This document shows positions 29,053-41,000 of a DNA stretch of 64,000 bases, piece after piece (position 1 is the first letter of the stretch; every line of letters begins with the position of its first letter). The notes below the pieces were generated by a model, which was given only the letters and a program-made list of their open reading frames with translations, had not been told where the DNA came from and did not search any database. Source of the DNA: an uncultured Pseudobdellovibrionaceae bacterium (GTDB lineage Bacteria > Pseudomonadota > Alphaproteobacteria > Micavibrionales > Micavibrionaceae); contig CAZYMI010000006.1 of the NCBI GenBank assembly GCA_964648505.1, positions 4,223 through 68,222 on the forward strand. The letters are read 5' to 3'. A program made the translations under genes and the position numbers.

Positions 29053-31467
29053 ATGGCCACTGCCAGACGATCACCCAAAGCATCGGAAGGTCTGATGCGT
29101 TTTATACCCACCACGGTACAAAGTTTTTGTGCACGGCGAATTATTGACGTCCTTGCGCTTACACTGATTTTTGCAGGGGTTTTTACAGGTCTGGCGCTTA
29201 TAAGCTATAACCCAACTGATCCTTCTTTTAATACAGCGTCCTCGCATATTTCAAACTGGAGCGGATTACTGGGCGCCAAGATTGCAGATTTATTTTTACA
29301 AACAGTAGGTCTTGGTGCGATCTTTTTTGCTTTGCTTCCTTTTGTGTGGGGCTTGCGCTTATACTTTCGAAAAAAATTATCTTTTATGCCGATGCGATTC
29401 GCACTTTTGCTTGCCAGCACCATTTTAGTTGCTTGTGGCTTGGCGCTAATCCCTTCTTTTGGATGGCTTACACAACCTTCACTGGGTGGCGCTGGCGGAC
29501 CTATCGTTCTTAATAGTTTAAGCGCCATCTTACCAACCAGCATCTCTGCGGGATGGGGTATTGTTTTTATAGGTTTGCTTTGCGCTTTTATCGGGCTTGC
29601 ATGCGCTGCACTAGCAACCGGACTCGACCGTTACGAATGGCACGATGTGTTCAGTTCTGCTGCACATTCCTTTTCTGTCGCTAGTCAGAAAATCTTGAAC
29701 TTTATTCATTGGATCAGATTTCACAATCAAGCTGATTATTCACCGCGCCAGAAAGTAACGCTAAAACGCACACGCCCTCAGCGTCGTGTTACCCTTGTTG
29801 AAAGCGATAATGAATATGACGACACCAACGAGGATGATGAAGAAACTGCTGAGGATATAGCTGCGCCTATACCACCTCGCGCTATTGCTGGATCTATCAA
29901 AGTTGTTCGGCCTGCCATGTCTAAAGATAAAGCGGGGCGGGATTTAAGACAAAAATCATTCTCGTTGCCAGAAGGTGAATGGGAGCTGCCTGCTCATGAT
30001 TTATTACAAGACCCCCCCAAGCAAGCCGATGCCGACAAGGTTGACGAAAGCGGTTTGCGCAAAAATGCCGAAATGCTGCAAACGGTTTTGAATGACTACA
30101 ATATAAAAGGTGATATTGTTTCTATTCATCCTGGACCTGTTGTTACACTCTATGAACTTGAACCGGCACCCGGCACAAAATCATCTCGCGTCATAGGTCT
30201 TTCGGATGATATTGCACGCTCAATGGCCGCTGTTTCTGTTCGCGCAGCTGTTGTCCCAGGACGCAATGTGATCGGCATTGAATTGCCTAACAAGCGCCGT
30301 CAGACTGTCTACTTAAAAGAACTTTTAGCTTCAGAACTTTACGAGCAATCCACAACCAAACTTCCCCTTGTTCTTGGTAAAGATATCGGCGGCCAGACAA
30401 TTATAGCTGATCTTGCACGCATGCCGCATCTGCTGGTGGCCGGTACGACGGGCTCTGGTAAATCTGTGGCGATTAACACCATGATTTTATCCCTTGTCTA
30501 TCGTCTGCCGCCAGAAAAATGCCGCTTTATTATGATTGATCCGAAAATGCTTGAATTATCGGTTTATGATGACATTCCCCATCTTTTGACGCCTGTTGTC
30601 ACAGAACCCGGCAAGGCGATCGTTGCGTTAAAATGGGCTGTGCAAGAAATGGAGAATCGCTACCGGGCTATGTCTAAAGTTGGCGTGCGTAACATCGAAG
30701 GATACAATACGCGTCTTCAAGAAGCGCGTGATAACAATGAAACCCTAATGCGTAAAGTGCAGACAGGTTTTGATTCGGAAACCGGTAAACCTGTTTACGA
30801 AGAACAAGCGATTGATTTGACCGAGCTTCCTTATATCGTCGTTATTGTTGATGAATTTGCTGATTTGATGCTGGTAGCTGGCAAAGATGTTGAAAATGCT
30901 ATTCAACGTCTGGCACAGATGGCACGCGCTGCTGGTATTCACCTCATCATGGCAACACAAAGACCATCGGTTGATGTAATCACAGGGGTTATTAAAGCTA
31001 ATTTTCCAACAAGAATCAGTTTTCAGGTAACGTCAAAAATTGATAGCCGCACCATTTTAGGGGATAGCGGCGCTGAACAGCTTCTAGGCATGGGAGATAT
31101 GCTTTATATGGCTGCAGGGGGCCGTATTACACGCGTCCATGGCCCTTTTGTGACCGATAACGAAGTTGAAAAAGTTGTCAATCACCTCAAAGCCCAAGGT
31201 GAGCCGGAATATCTTGAAGATGTTACAGAAGGTGATGGCACTTTCGGGGATGGCGGGGAAGATGACAGCGAAGGCCCTGCAATTGATGACCTTTACGATA
31301 AGGCCGTTGCCCTTGTAGCGCGGGAGGGTAAGGCATCGACCAGTTTTATCCAAAGACACCTGCAAATTGGGTATAACCGTGCCGCCCGTATTATTGAGGA
31401 AATGGAAAAACAAGGTGTGGTTACAACAGCTAATCATGTCGGTAAAAGGGATGTGCTGGTACGCTAG
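29053..31467 (+). CDS. ftsK: DNA translocase FtsK
   Basis: Four N-terminal TM helices, an acidic linker, a motor domain (GTTGSGKSV, VVIVDEFADLM, ATQRPSVDVITG) and a C-terminal gamma winged helix (ASTSFIQRHLQIGYNRAARIIE). Confidence 0.95.
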   Translation: MATARRSPKASEGLMRFIPTTVQSFCARRIIDVLALTLIFAGVFTGLALISYNPTDPSFNTASSHISNWSGLLGAKIADLFLQTVGLGAIFFALLPFVWGLRLYFRKKLSFMPMRFALLLASTILVACGLALIPSFGWLTQPSLGGAGGPIVLNSLSAILPTSISAGWGIVFIGLLCAFIGLACAALATGLDRYEWHDVFSSAAHSFSVASQKILNFIHWIRFHNQADYSPRQKVTLKRTRPQRRVTLVESDNEYDDTNEDDEETAEDIAAPIPPRAIAGSIKVVRPAMSKDKAGRDLRQKSFSLPEGEWELPAHDLLQDPPKQADADKVDESGLRKNAEMLQTVLNDYNIKGDIVSIHPGPVVTLYELEPAPGTKSSRVIGLSDDIARSMAAVSVRAAVVPGRNVIGIELPNKRRQTVYLKELLASELYEQSTTKLPLVLGKDIGGQTIIADLARMPHLLVAGTTGSGKSVAINTMILSLVYRLPPEKCRFIMIDPKMLELSVYDDIPHLLTPVVTEPGKAIVALKWAVQEMENRYRAMSKVGVRNIEGYNTRLQEARDNNETLMRKVQTGFDSETGKPVYEEQAIDLTELPYIVVIVDEFADLMLVAGKDVENAIQRLAQMARAAGIHLIMATQRPSVDVITGVIKANFPTRISFQVTSKIDSRTILGDSGAEQLLGMGDMLYMAAGGRITRVHGPFVTDNEVEKVVNHLKAQGEPEYLEDVTEGDGTFGDGGEDDSEGPAIDDLYDKAVALVAREGKASTSFIQRHLQIGYNRAARIIEEMEKQGVVTTANHVGKRDVLVR

Positions 31468-31498
31468 ACTTCTTTAATAACTGTGCTAGGTTCTGGCT

Positions 31499-32119
31499 AT
31501 GAAGCTCTTTGCTATTATATTTTTTACATGCCTGATCGCTCCTTTGTTCGCTTTTGCGCAACCCGCACCTATTGTTCAAAATGTTGTGCGTGACGCGGAA
31601 GCCTATTTACAAAAGCTTGATACTGTTAAAGCGCGCTTTATCCAAACGGCGCCGGACGGATCCCAAGTTTCGGGTACATTTTATCTAGATCGTCCGGGAA
31701 AACTGCGCTTTGAATATGACCCCCCCATTAAAGATTTTGTTGTTGCAGATGGTGTATTTATTTATTTTTATGATGGACAGATCAAACAGCAATCCAATGC
31801 ACCCATAGGCCAAACTCTTGCTGATTTTCTTTTGCGTAAAAACCTTCGTCTTTCAGGTGATATTATCGTCACCGAAGTCAAAAGACGCGGTGGCCTGCTA
31901 CAAATTACAGCCGCCCAGAAAGCTGACCCAAACGCAGGGAAAATTACTTTAGGATTTGAAGAGACACCAAAACTTGAGCTAAAAAAATGGCGAGTTTTGG
32001 ATTCGCAAGGTCAAATTACTGAAGTTGAGTTATTTGACAGCGTTCGTGATTTAAAGTTTCCTGCTGCACTTTTTTCATGGCGTGATCCTAATAAAGTTAT
32101 TGGCGGCGTTAACAAGTAA
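31499..32119 (+). CDS. lolA: Outer-membrane lipoprotein carrier protein LolA
   Basis: Signal peptide, then F.Q......G.....G.....RPGK.RFEY. Conserved position after ftsK. Confidence 0.85.
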   Translation: MKLFAIIFFTCLIAPLFAFAQPAPIVQNVVRDAEAYLQKLDTVKARFIQTAPDGSQVSGTFYLDRPGKLRFEYDPPIKDFVVADGVFIYFYDGQIKQQSNAPIGQTLADFLLRKNLRLSGDIIVTEVKRRGGLLQITAAQKADPNAGKITLGFEETPKLELKKWRVLDSQGQITEVELFDSVRDLKFPAALFSWRDPNKVIGGVNK

Positions 32120-32718
32120 TGTCAGCGGATCCTTTTGATCATCTTATTCGGCACCTTTCAGCATTACCGGGCTTAGGCCCTCGATCAGCGCGACGCGTTG
32201 CGCTTTATTTACTCATGCGCAAAGACCAGCTGATGATACCCCTTGCACAAACCTTGCAGCATGCCGCAAGTGCTATAAAAACCTGCACTGATTGCGGAAA
32301 CTTCGACACTTCAGAACCTTGCAGAATTTGTACAGATTCGCGCCGCGATTTAGGATTAATCTGCGTGGTTGCCACAGTTGCAGATTTATGGGCAATTGAA
32401 CGTGCGCACGCGCATCGTGGCGCTTACCATGTTCTGGGAGGGGTATTGTCTGCGCTTGATGGGATCCGGCCTGACGATCTTAAAATTGCACAGCTTCTCT
32501 CACGAATTGAAAACAATAACATCACAGAAATTATTTTAGCCTTACCAGCAACAGTCGATGGCCAAACAACCGCACATTACCTAACTGACAGGCTTCAAAA
32601 TATACAGATAAAACCAAAAATTACGCGCCTTGCGCATGGGCTTCCTGTAGGTGGTGAGCTCGACTATCTGGATGATGGCACAATAACAACAGCGTTAAAA
32701 TCCAGATCATCCGTTTAA
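32119..32718 (+). CDS. recR: Recombination protein RecR
   Basis: [11 protein letters not shown] helix-hairpin-helix, C4 zinc finger [16 protein letters not shown], and a Toprim domain. Confidence 0.95.
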   Translation: MSADPFDHLIRHLSALPGLGPRSARRVALYLLMRKDQLMIPLAQTLQHAASAIKTCTDCGNFDTSEPCRICTDSRRDLGLICVVATVADLWAIERAHAHRGAYHVLGGVLSALDGIRPDDLKIAQLLSRIENNNITEIILALPATVDGQTTAHYLTDRLQNIQIKPKITRLAHGLPVGGELDYLDDGTITTALKSRSSV

Positions 32719-34115
32719 CGTTCCCCCATCGATGTCGTCATTGTTCTGATAAATGGCTTTAAAATATACTGCATAATTGTTCGCTGACCCGTCATAATAT
32801 CAACCGTTGCCACCATGCCAGGGATAATTGGTAGCACTTCACCTTTACGTTTCAGCATATTTTGTTCAGTGCGTACTTTAACCCTGTAAAAACTTTCGCC
32901 TTTTTCATTTTGAATACTATCAGCTGATATCTCGACAACTTTGCCCTTTAAACCACCATAAATTGAGTAATCATACGCTGTTATTTTTACAACAGCATTC
33001 TGCCCGGGATGTAAAAATGCAATATCAGAAGGCCTTACTCTGGCTTCAATTAATAACTGATCATCCATAGGAACAATTTCCATGATTGGATCGCCCGGCT
33101 TTACGACGCCCCCTACAGTCATAAAGCGCATATCTTTTACGGTGCCATTTACAGGGGATTTTATTTCTGTCCGATCTTTCCTGTCTGTAAGGGCAGAAAG
33201 CGTCTCCTTAATTGTGTTCATTTCAGTTAGTTTAGATGATAATTCCATCTGGGCTTGCGCCTGCGCACTTGTAATCAATTCGCTTAATCTTGCCTGCGCC
33301 TCTGAAATCGCAGAATTAGCACGCGGTATCGCCTGACGAACGCCATTTAATTCTGTACGCCTTTCTTGAATACCCCTTTCAAGTTGAATTAATTCAATTT
33401 TAGGAGCAGATCCTTTTGCTACAAGCGGCGCGATCATATTTTTTTCCTGCTGAGATAAAGATATCTCACGATTAATATCAGCTGCCTTTTGTTCAAGTTC
33501 ATTGACTTCCTGACGACGCTGAGCGAGTTGTTGGTCCAAAACCATACGTTGTCCGAAAATTTTTTCGCGGTTCGCACGAAATGCGTTTAATTCTTCTGTA
33601 ACACTTTGCGGGACTTTTTTCATGATTTCTTGATCAAATTCAACAGTCTCTTTGCCTTCTGATTCCGCCTGCAAGCGCGTAATAGTGGCTTTTAACCCGA
33701 GATATCTTGCCTCATTCGATCCCAAATCAGATGAGGCATCAATGTTACGAAGCTGAATTAATGTCTCACCCTTTTTAACGGCCTGACTTTCACGAACAAA
33801 AAATTTATCAATGATCCCACCTTCAAGGGACTGGATTACTTGAATTTTTGCTGTCGGAATTATTTTTCCCTCTCCGCGGGTAACCTGATCTATGCGGGCA
33901 AGAGAAGCCCAGACAATAAATAAGAAGAAGAAAGTGGCAATTGAAATAAGTAAAATATGTCGTGATGCTGGCAATTCTTCATCCGAAATAAAGTAGGCAT
34001 CGGCGTGCGCCTGCAACACATCAATGCGCGTTTTAAGCCAGTTTTCTTGTATAGCAAGCCAATCTGCTGGCTTATTAATCTTAAGATTTTCTTCGAGCTT
34101 TTTTTGGTCAGACAT
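32715..34115 (-). CDS. Type I secretion membrane fusion protein (HlyD family)
   Basis: N-terminal TM, a long coiled-coil, and beta-barrel/lipoyl motifs ([18 protein letters not shown]). The start is taken at the ATG at 34113-34115, 1 nt after the ABC gene stop. Its stop overlaps the recR stop convergently. Confidence 0.9.
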   Translation of the reverse strand: MSDQKKLEENLKINKPADWLAIQENWLKTRIDVLQAHADAYFISDEELPASRHILLISIATFFFLFIVWASLARIDQVTRGEGKIIPTAKIQVIQSLEGGIIDKFFVRESQAVKKGETLIQLRNIDASSDLGSNEARYLGLKATITRLQAESEGKETVEFDQEIMKKVPQSVTEELNAFRANREKIFGQRMVLDQQLAQRRQEVNELEQKAADINREISLSQQEKNMIAPLVAKGSAPKIELIQLERGIQERRTELNGVRQAIPRANSAISEAQARLSELITSAQAQAQMELSSKLTEMNTIKETLSALTDRKDRTEIKSPVNGTVKDMRFMTVGGVVKPGDPIMEIVPMDDQLLIEARVRPSDIAFLHPGQNAVVKITAYDYSIYGGLKGKVVEISADSIQNEKGESFYRVKVRTEQNMLKRKGEVLPIIPGMVATVDIMTGQRTIMQYILKPFIRTMTTSMGER

Positions 34116-34116
34116 A

Positions 34117-36369
34117 TCAAGCTCCTGCCTTATCAGACCCGGCATAGTCACGATTTTGCAATTGCCTGATAATTTCATCGCGTGGGCCGAAAGCTAATAT
34201 TTTACCACGATCCATCAGAATGATTTTATCAACCAGCGAAAGCATGCTGCCTTTATGCGTGATAAGAATGGTTGTCTTTCCGTTTGTTAACTTCTCCAGA
34301 TGCCCCTTAAGACGCGATTCTGATGCGGGATCCATAGATGCTGTAGGTTCATCAAGAATAATAACAGGGGGATCGTACAAAAGTGCGCGCGCGATAGCGA
34401 TTGCCTGTCTTTGTCCGCCTGAAAGTTGCTCGCCTCTCTCCCCCACTTGGGTATCAAGCCCATGTGAGGAATCTTTGAGAAAATCCATGACGCCAGAAAG
34501 CTCAGCTGCGCGAACAACTGCGCGATCAGAAGCTGTTTCATGACCCATTGTAATATTTTCACGCACAGACCCATAAAAAAGCTGCGGCGTTTGCTGAACA
34601 ACACCAATGTTACGACGTAAATCGCCAGGATCAATTTGACGCACATCTGTTCCATCAAGTTGTACAGAACCTGATTGTGGTTCAAACTTATTCAGTATCA
34701 AACGCTCCAGCGTTGTTTTCCCTGAACCTACCGCCCCAATAATACCAATATGTTCACCCGCCTGAATTTCAAAACTTACATGGTTCAGAGCTGGTACTGA
34801 TGATCCGGGATAAGCAAAAACAACATCTTTAAAAACAAGCTGACCTTGTATTGCTGGCATTGCAATAAAGGTTTTACCTACGGGCCGTTCAACCGGTTTT
34901 TCCATCAATTCATTGAGTTGACGAAGCGATTCACGCGTTTGATTAAACCTTATCATAAGGCCAGAAAATTGGGTGAGCGGCGCTAACGCGCGACTGGAAA
35001 GCATCACAGTTGCTATGAGCGCCCCCATTGTTATATGTGCGTTTGAAATCAGAACAACGCCAAAGCCAACAATTGCAATTGTGACCATGTTTTGCAGAAA
35101 ATAAGAAATATTTAAGGCAAAGTTTGAAACGCGTTTTGATTTAACGGAAGTACGCGATGATTTTTCACACAGTTCTTCCCAACGTCTTTGCACATGTCCC
35201 TCAGATGCCTGAGTCTTGATTGTTTCAAGCCCTGTTATAGTTTCAAACAACAATGCATTTTTCAAAGCATTTTCGTGTAATGATTCTTGTGTAATTTTCT
35301 TCATCGGTTTTTGTAAAACCCAGCCTGTTCCAATTATAAGTGGAACAGCAACAAGCGGAATAATAGCCAGAGGACCCGCAATAACAGCAATCAGCAAAAT
35401 AAAAAGTAGGCAAAAAGGTAAATCAATTAAAGCCGCAAGAGTTGCGGAGGTAAAAAAATCACGAATACTCTCAAATTCACGCATATTCGCAGCTAAAACA
35501 CCTGCTGACGCTGGACGAGAAGACATTGTCATACCCAGCAATTGTTCAAAAAGTTTTCCTGATAATTTAACATCTGATTTTCTGCCTGCATAATCAAGAA
35601 AATGTGCACGAAGACTTTTGATAACCAGATCAAAAAATAAAACAACCGCAAGGCCAATTGAAAGCACCGCTAATGTTTCATAAGCGGCATTTGGGACAAC
35701 ACGATCATAGATGTTCATCGTATAAAGCGGCATCGCGATTGCAAACAGATTAATCATTAATGCGGCAAGCCCTACTTCATAATATATTTTTCTGTTCTGC
35801 CAAATGGTAGACCAAAACCAATCTTTGGCATTATCAATACGCGCGGGTCCCGCACGATCATCAACCCTTGCAACAGGGCGCACATAAAAAGCATATCCGG
35901 TGTAAATTTTCTTAAGATCTTCAAGTGAAATTATTCTTTTCTCCGACGCGGTCTCAGGAAATTGAACGCTAAATTCAGTTTTATCGCCAGGTGCGGGTTT
36001 TTTATCGGCATAGAGAACACCCCATAAAATACAAGCCTGCCCTTGTTCAAGAACGAGGATGCAAGGTGTTGATGGTGCGATCGCAATCCCCTCAAGGGCT
36101 CTGTCTACCAATTTGATATCAAGGTCTGCTCTCTCGGCTGCGCGCACCATTAACGCAGGGGATATGCCTGTTTTAGGTAATGGCAAGCCTGCTGTTAAAC
36201 TTTCACGACTGGTGCGCCTGCCAAAATGACCCGCGATAATTTGCAAACACGCCACAAGCGGATCACCCAATGATGCGCGATCGGCCTGCAATGGCCACGG
36301 GTCAAAATCGGCAACGCCTTTAACGCTACTGATTTTATTGTCTTTTGCGATACTGTTTGGCTCACTCAT
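34117..36369 (-). CDS. Type I secretion ABC transporter (permease/ATPase) with an N-terminal C39-like domain lacking the catalytic Cys
   Basis: Walker A GAVGSGKTT, signature LSGGQRQ, Walker B IILDEPT, and six TM helices. The N-terminal roughly 130 aa look C39-like, but the Cys position of the canonical (E/Q)CG..C motif reads DPLVACL (Cys replaced by Pro). Confidence 0.9.
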   Translation of the reverse strand: MSEPNSIAKDNKISSVKGVADFDPWPLQADRASLGDPLVACLQIIAGHFGRRTSRESLTAGLPLPKTGISPALMVRAAERADLDIKLVDRALEGIAIAPSTPCILVLEQGQACILWGVLYADKKPAPGDKTEFSVQFPETASEKRIISLEDLKKIYTGYAFYVRPVARVDDRAGPARIDNAKDWFWSTIWQNRKIYYEVGLAALMINLFAIAMPLYTMNIYDRVVPNAAYETLAVLSIGLAVVLFFDLVIKSLRAHFLDYAGRKSDVKLSGKLFEQLLGMTMSSRPASAGVLAANMREFESIRDFFTSATLAALIDLPFCLLFILLIAVIAGPLAIIPLVAVPLIIGTGWVLQKPMKKITQESLHENALKNALLFETITGLETIKTQASEGHVQRRWEELCEKSSRTSVKSKRVSNFALNISYFLQNMVTIAIVGFGVVLISNAHITMGALIATVMLSSRALAPLTQFSGLMIRFNQTRESLRQLNELMEKPVERPVGKTFIAMPAIQGQLVFKDVVFAYPGSSVPALNHVSFEIQAGEHIGIIGAVGSGKTTLERLILNKFEPQSGSVQLDGTDVRQIDPGDLRRNIGVVQQTPQLFYGSVRENITMGHETASDRAVVRAAELSGVMDFLKDSSHGLDTQVGERGEQLSGGQRQAIAIARALLYDPPVIILDEPTASMDPASESRLKGHLEKLTNGKTTILITHKGSMLSLVDKIILMDRGKILAFGPRDEIIRQLQNRDYAGSDKAGA

Positions 36370-36470
36370 AACGGCCCATTGTGCGCTTAGAAAAGTAAAC
36401 AAAAAGAAAAGACGGCCAAATATGTTGGCCGCCTGAAATCAGATTGAAATATAGCAAAGGCAACAAGTCC

Positions 36471-37805
36471 CTAGCCTTTTGTTGCAGGATCAGACCCCTG
36501 AGGATTGGCCACTTGCAGCGTTGGTAAAAGTTGGCCCTTAATTGCCAGAAGACGATACATAGCAAAAAGCTCAAGATACTCTGTACTAATCATATTTGAA
36601 CGAGAAACAAAAAATTCGTTTTGCGCGTCAAGAACATCAAGCAGGGTACGACGATCTAGGTTAAACTGATCAAGATAGGCATCAACAACCTTCTGGTTCG
36701 CTTCTGACTGCTCCCGGAATTCTTTTGCACGTTCACCAGCTGAAATCATTCGTGCCCATGTCTGCCGAACGTCATCTTCAACAGTGCGGGCATTTTGGGC
36801 CGCAATCTCTTTTGATTCTTGCTGACGAAATGTCAACTCCCTCACACGCGCCTGATCGGCTCCACCGCGATAAAGATTCCAATTCATCACAACAAGTGCA
36901 GATGCAGACGTATTTGAATCATTGATGCCGCCCTGATCTTCACCTGTCTGACCGTTAAGCTGTAAATCAAAACGCGGATAGTAAGGTGCCTTTGCCGCTT
37001 CTTTTTCAGCCTGTGCTGTCCGAATATCGGCATCACGCGCAGACAAAGCAGGGCTTTGAGTAATTGCACGATTAACTTCTTCTTCGACATTGGCTGCTAA
37101 AACACCTGCTGGCGCTGGAGGCCTTTGTAATGTTGTTGGTGAATTACCAACATTAAGAATGTATTGAGATTCAGAAATACGCAAAGCTTCACGAACACTA
37201 TCTTCCGTTGATCGCGCAACGTTCAAACGTGCTTTTGCCTGCTCAACATCAGCTTGAGTTGAACGCCCTGCCGATGCCCCGTCAATCATTTGCGCTAGAA
37301 TAGACTCGTGCTTTTGTACGTTTTGTTGGGCAATCGCCAATGTTTCGCGCTGACGCAAAACATTCAGGTAGGATTCAATAATATCAAGACCAACAAATTC
37401 ACCCGTTTCAATAACACGGTTACGTGCAGATTCCTGACGATTTGCCTGACGTTCATTTTCACTTTTTGCACCAAACCCATCAAACAAAAGCTGGGTCAAC
37501 GTCAGGCCAACAGTGCGGCGGAACAAGTCTTCGTTATCTGATGTGGAATTATCTGTAAATTCCCATCCCGCATCAGCATTAGCATCAATACGCGGAAGGA
37601 ATAATGATTCAGCCTGACGCTTTTCCTGATCTGTTGCGTATCTGTTGTTCACAATTGAACTGAAGCGTGGGCTTGCTGTTAAACCAACCTGCAAAGCTTC
37701 TTGCAAGCTGACAACACCGCTATCTTGCGCGAAGGCGGGAGCAAATGTCATCGACCCAATAACGGCGCATGCTAACATAAGCGATCTGAAACGAGATGCC
37801 TTCAT
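36471..37805 (-). CDS. TolC-family outer-membrane efflux protein (T1SS OMP)
   Basis: Signal peptide MKASRFRSLMLACAVIGSMTFAPAFA and two TolC repeats. Start taken at the ATG at 37803-37805. Confidence 0.9.
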   Translation of the reverse strand: MKASRFRSLMLACAVIGSMTFAPAFAQDSGVVSLQEALQVGLTASPRFSSIVNNRYATDQEKRQAESLFLPRIDANADAGWEFTDNSTSDNEDLFRRTVGLTLTQLLFDGFGAKSENERQANRQESARNRVIETGEFVGLDIIESYLNVLRQRETLAIAQQNVQKHESILAQMIDGASAGRSTQADVEQAKARLNVARSTEDSVREALRISESQYILNVGNSPTTLQRPPAPAGVLAANVEEEVNRAITQSPALSARDADIRTAQAEKEAAKAPYYPRFDLQLNGQTGEDQGGINDSNTSASALVVMNWNLYRGGADQARVRELTFRQQESKEIAAQNARTVEDDVRQTWARMISAGERAKEFREQSEANQKVVDAYLDQFNLDRRTLLDVLDAQNEFFVSRSNMISTEYLELFAMYRLLAIKGQLLPTLQVANPQGSDPATKG

Positions 37806-37958
37806 AAATAGTCTCCTGGTGAAGTAGCCGAAACAAAACGACTGAAATTTGAAATAATTGTTCATAGTTTATGCCTTATTTTAGCGCATACCGCAAGTAA
37901 AAATATCAAAAAGCGCATGCTAATATTCTGATAATAAACGCAAATTTCTCTTTGCCGA

Positions 37959-37984
37959 AAAGCCGGACCTCTCGGCTCGGCTTT
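37959..37984 (-). terminator. Weak hairpin (possible partial terminator or attenuator) between the adhesin gene and the transporter genes
   Basis: The minus strand reads AAAGCCG-12 nt-CGGCUUU followed by UCGG. It has a 7-bp stem and a short U tract. Confidence 0.3.
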
Positions 37985-38015
37985 ATACGTTTATTCTTGT
38001 AAAATTAGTCCTGTT

Positions 38016-41000
38016 TTAAGCCGTTGCTATTGCGCTTGTAACCAAGTGCTGCACATGGTCATCAAAATTATCGTTAATAGGCGTATTGTACGTTATAGAA
38101 GTTGAAGCTACAGCACTCACGACAGATGATGACGCTTGCGTATCGTTTGTTGTCGTCTGGGTAATGAAATTATTGATACCCACCTGAAGATCATCATCAA
38201 ATGAAATCACATCAGCCACGCCGCCCGCAATGGATGATTTTGCACTTGCAGTAGAAAGCGCTGTCGCAATCGTCTGCGCTTGCGCAACAGATTGCGTGCC
38301 TGCAAAAATACTCGTATCAACAACATTCGTGTTAATATTAATATTCGTGTTGGTATTCGTATTTGTGTTCACATTTGTTGATGTACCGAAACATCCGCAA
38401 TCCCCATCATTTCTAACAGCAAAAGTTCCTGTAGCCACATCATGATCGCTATCACGCACTGAGTACGTAAAATAATCAATATGCTGTCCTGTTTGGCCCG
38501 GATTAACGGTGTACTTATAATTACCATTGGATGCAATCTCAAGAACACCATATTGGCCAACAATCGTTGTTGCATGGCTTCCGGCGGGCACATTAAATGT
38601 AACGCCATTATACTGCACTTGGAATAAGGCATTTGCATTTACATCATTACCAATATGATCGTTAGCAACAATATTGCCATAGATGCATTCGTAATGAAGT
38701 GCGTCAATATAATCACTGACAACAACAGGTGCGTCGTCTTTGACGCCGATGATCAGGTTTGCAGTGGCAAGATCGCCATCGCAATCCACAACATCCACAC
38801 AAAATGACAGGTTAATCACGTCATTCGCATTTGTTCCATCTGCATGATCAAGGGCACGGAACTGTCTGAAGCTATAAGCGCCCGCATTATCAATCGTCAC
38901 TTCAAACACCGTCACGCCGCCCGCTGTACCAACATACTTGCCGCCCACAAGCGCCACGCTCACCGCAACGCCATTCGATGTTAACGTACCGCCCTTAAGC
39001 GATCCCGATGCCACAAAACCCGTAAACCCTTGCGGCGCCACTGTAAAGTAAGTCGAACCCGCACCATCTGTGCCATATGATCCATTGAATGTTCCGCTCA
39101 CCATATTGCTCAGCGTTGTCTCATCCACCATGTTCAAGGTATTGGTCGCTGATGGCGCACCGTCAGACACGCTCAGTGTCAGGGTCGCTGTATCAACATC
39201 ACCATCAAAATCACGCAAAGTATAGCTAAAGCTATCTGTGCCATTTGCATGATTGTTCGCAACATAACTATAAGCACCATTAGCCGCAATCGTCAGAACG
39301 CCATGGCTGCCTGTAACCACCAGATTACCCGATGCAGGAACTGTATGATCCACACCGCCAACTGTCACTTTGCTGATCGTGTTACCAACATCGTTCGATA
39401 CATCATCATTGCTCAGCACATTGCCGGCTACCTGTGGGGCGCAGCCCGTCACAGATCCAACATCCGCACGCGCATCAACACCATCATCCCGCACTGTAAC
39501 AACAATCGCGCCGGCATCCGTATCACCATCCGCATCCGTAATTAATGTACCGAAGTTCAGGTTGATCGCATCATTCGCATTCGTCCCATCCGCATGATCA
39601 AGCGGTCTGTTCAAGGTGAAGCTGTACGTCCCGTTCGTATTCACCACAAGGGTAAACACCGTCACGCCGCCCGCTGTACCCGTATAGGTATTCCCCGCAA
39701 GCGCTACGCTCACCGGAACGCCGCCCGATGTTAAAGCGCCGCCCAGTAATGACCCGCCCGACGTAAAATTATTCACAGCCGCAATCGATCCCGTCGTCCC
39801 CTGGCCATCTGTGCCATAGTTAAAGCTATAGCTGCCATTCACTGTAATCGGTCCCAACCCCGTCTCATCAACACTTGAACTCGCATCCCCAATAACAGGA
39901 AGGCCATCCGCTGTTGTAAATGAAACTGTCGCGCTTGATGTATCGCCATCCCCATCACGCAAAGTATAGGTGAAGCTGTCCGTCCCCGTTACTCCATTTG
40001 TTGCGGCATAGCTGTAGGTCCCGTTCGGATTGATCGTCAATACACCAAACGCGCCGTTGATCACAGTCGCACCTGTTACGTTCGTAACAGCATTACTGCC
40101 AAAGCGTATCCCCGATACAACATTGCTGATATCGTTCGATATATCATCATTGCTCAGCACATTGCCAACAGCCAGATTCGTGACACCATTCACAACGCCA
40201 ACGTCATTCACCGCAACAGGTGCGTCGTCTTTGACGCCGATGATCAGGTTTGCAGTGGCAAGATCGCCATCGCAATCCACAACATCCACACAAAATGACA
40301 GGTTAATCACGTCATTCGCATTTGTTCCATCTGCATGATCAAGGGCACGGAACTGTCTGAAGCTATAAGCGCCCGCATTATCAATCGTCACTTCAAACAC
40401 CGTCACGCCGCCCGCTGTACCAACATACTTGCCGCCCACAAGCGCCACGCTCACCGCAACGCCATTCGATGTTAACGTACCGCCCTTAAGCGATCCCGAT
40501 GCCACAAAACCCGTAAACCCTTGCGGCGCCACTGTAAAGTAAGTCGAACCCGCACCATCTGTGCCATATGATCCATTGAATGTTCCGCTCACCATATTGC
40601 TCAGCGTTGTCTCATCCACCATGTTCAAGGTATTGGTCGCTGATGGCGCACCGTCAGACACGCTCAGTGTCAGGGTCGCTGTATCAACATCACCATCAAA
40701 ATCACGCAAAGTATAGCTAAAGCTATCTGTGCCATTTGCATGATTGTTCGCAACATAACTATAAGCACCATTAGCCGCAATCGTCAGAACGCCATGGCTG
40801 CCTGTAACCACCAGATTACCCGATGCAGGAACTGTATGATCCACACCGCCAACTGTCACTTTGCTGATCGTGTTACCAACATCGTTCGATACATCATCAT
40901 TGCTCAGCACATTGCCGGCTACCTGTGGGGCGCAGCCCGTCACAGATCCAACATCCGCACGCGCATCAACACCATCATCCCGCACTGTAACAACAATCGC

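Noticed and set aside
38320-38400. (Asn-Thr)n coding stretch in the adhesin C-terminus as a slipped-strand phase-variation tract
   Set aside because: The DNA is an imperfect mix of GTGTT, GGTATT and CGTATT units. It is not a perfect microsatellite.
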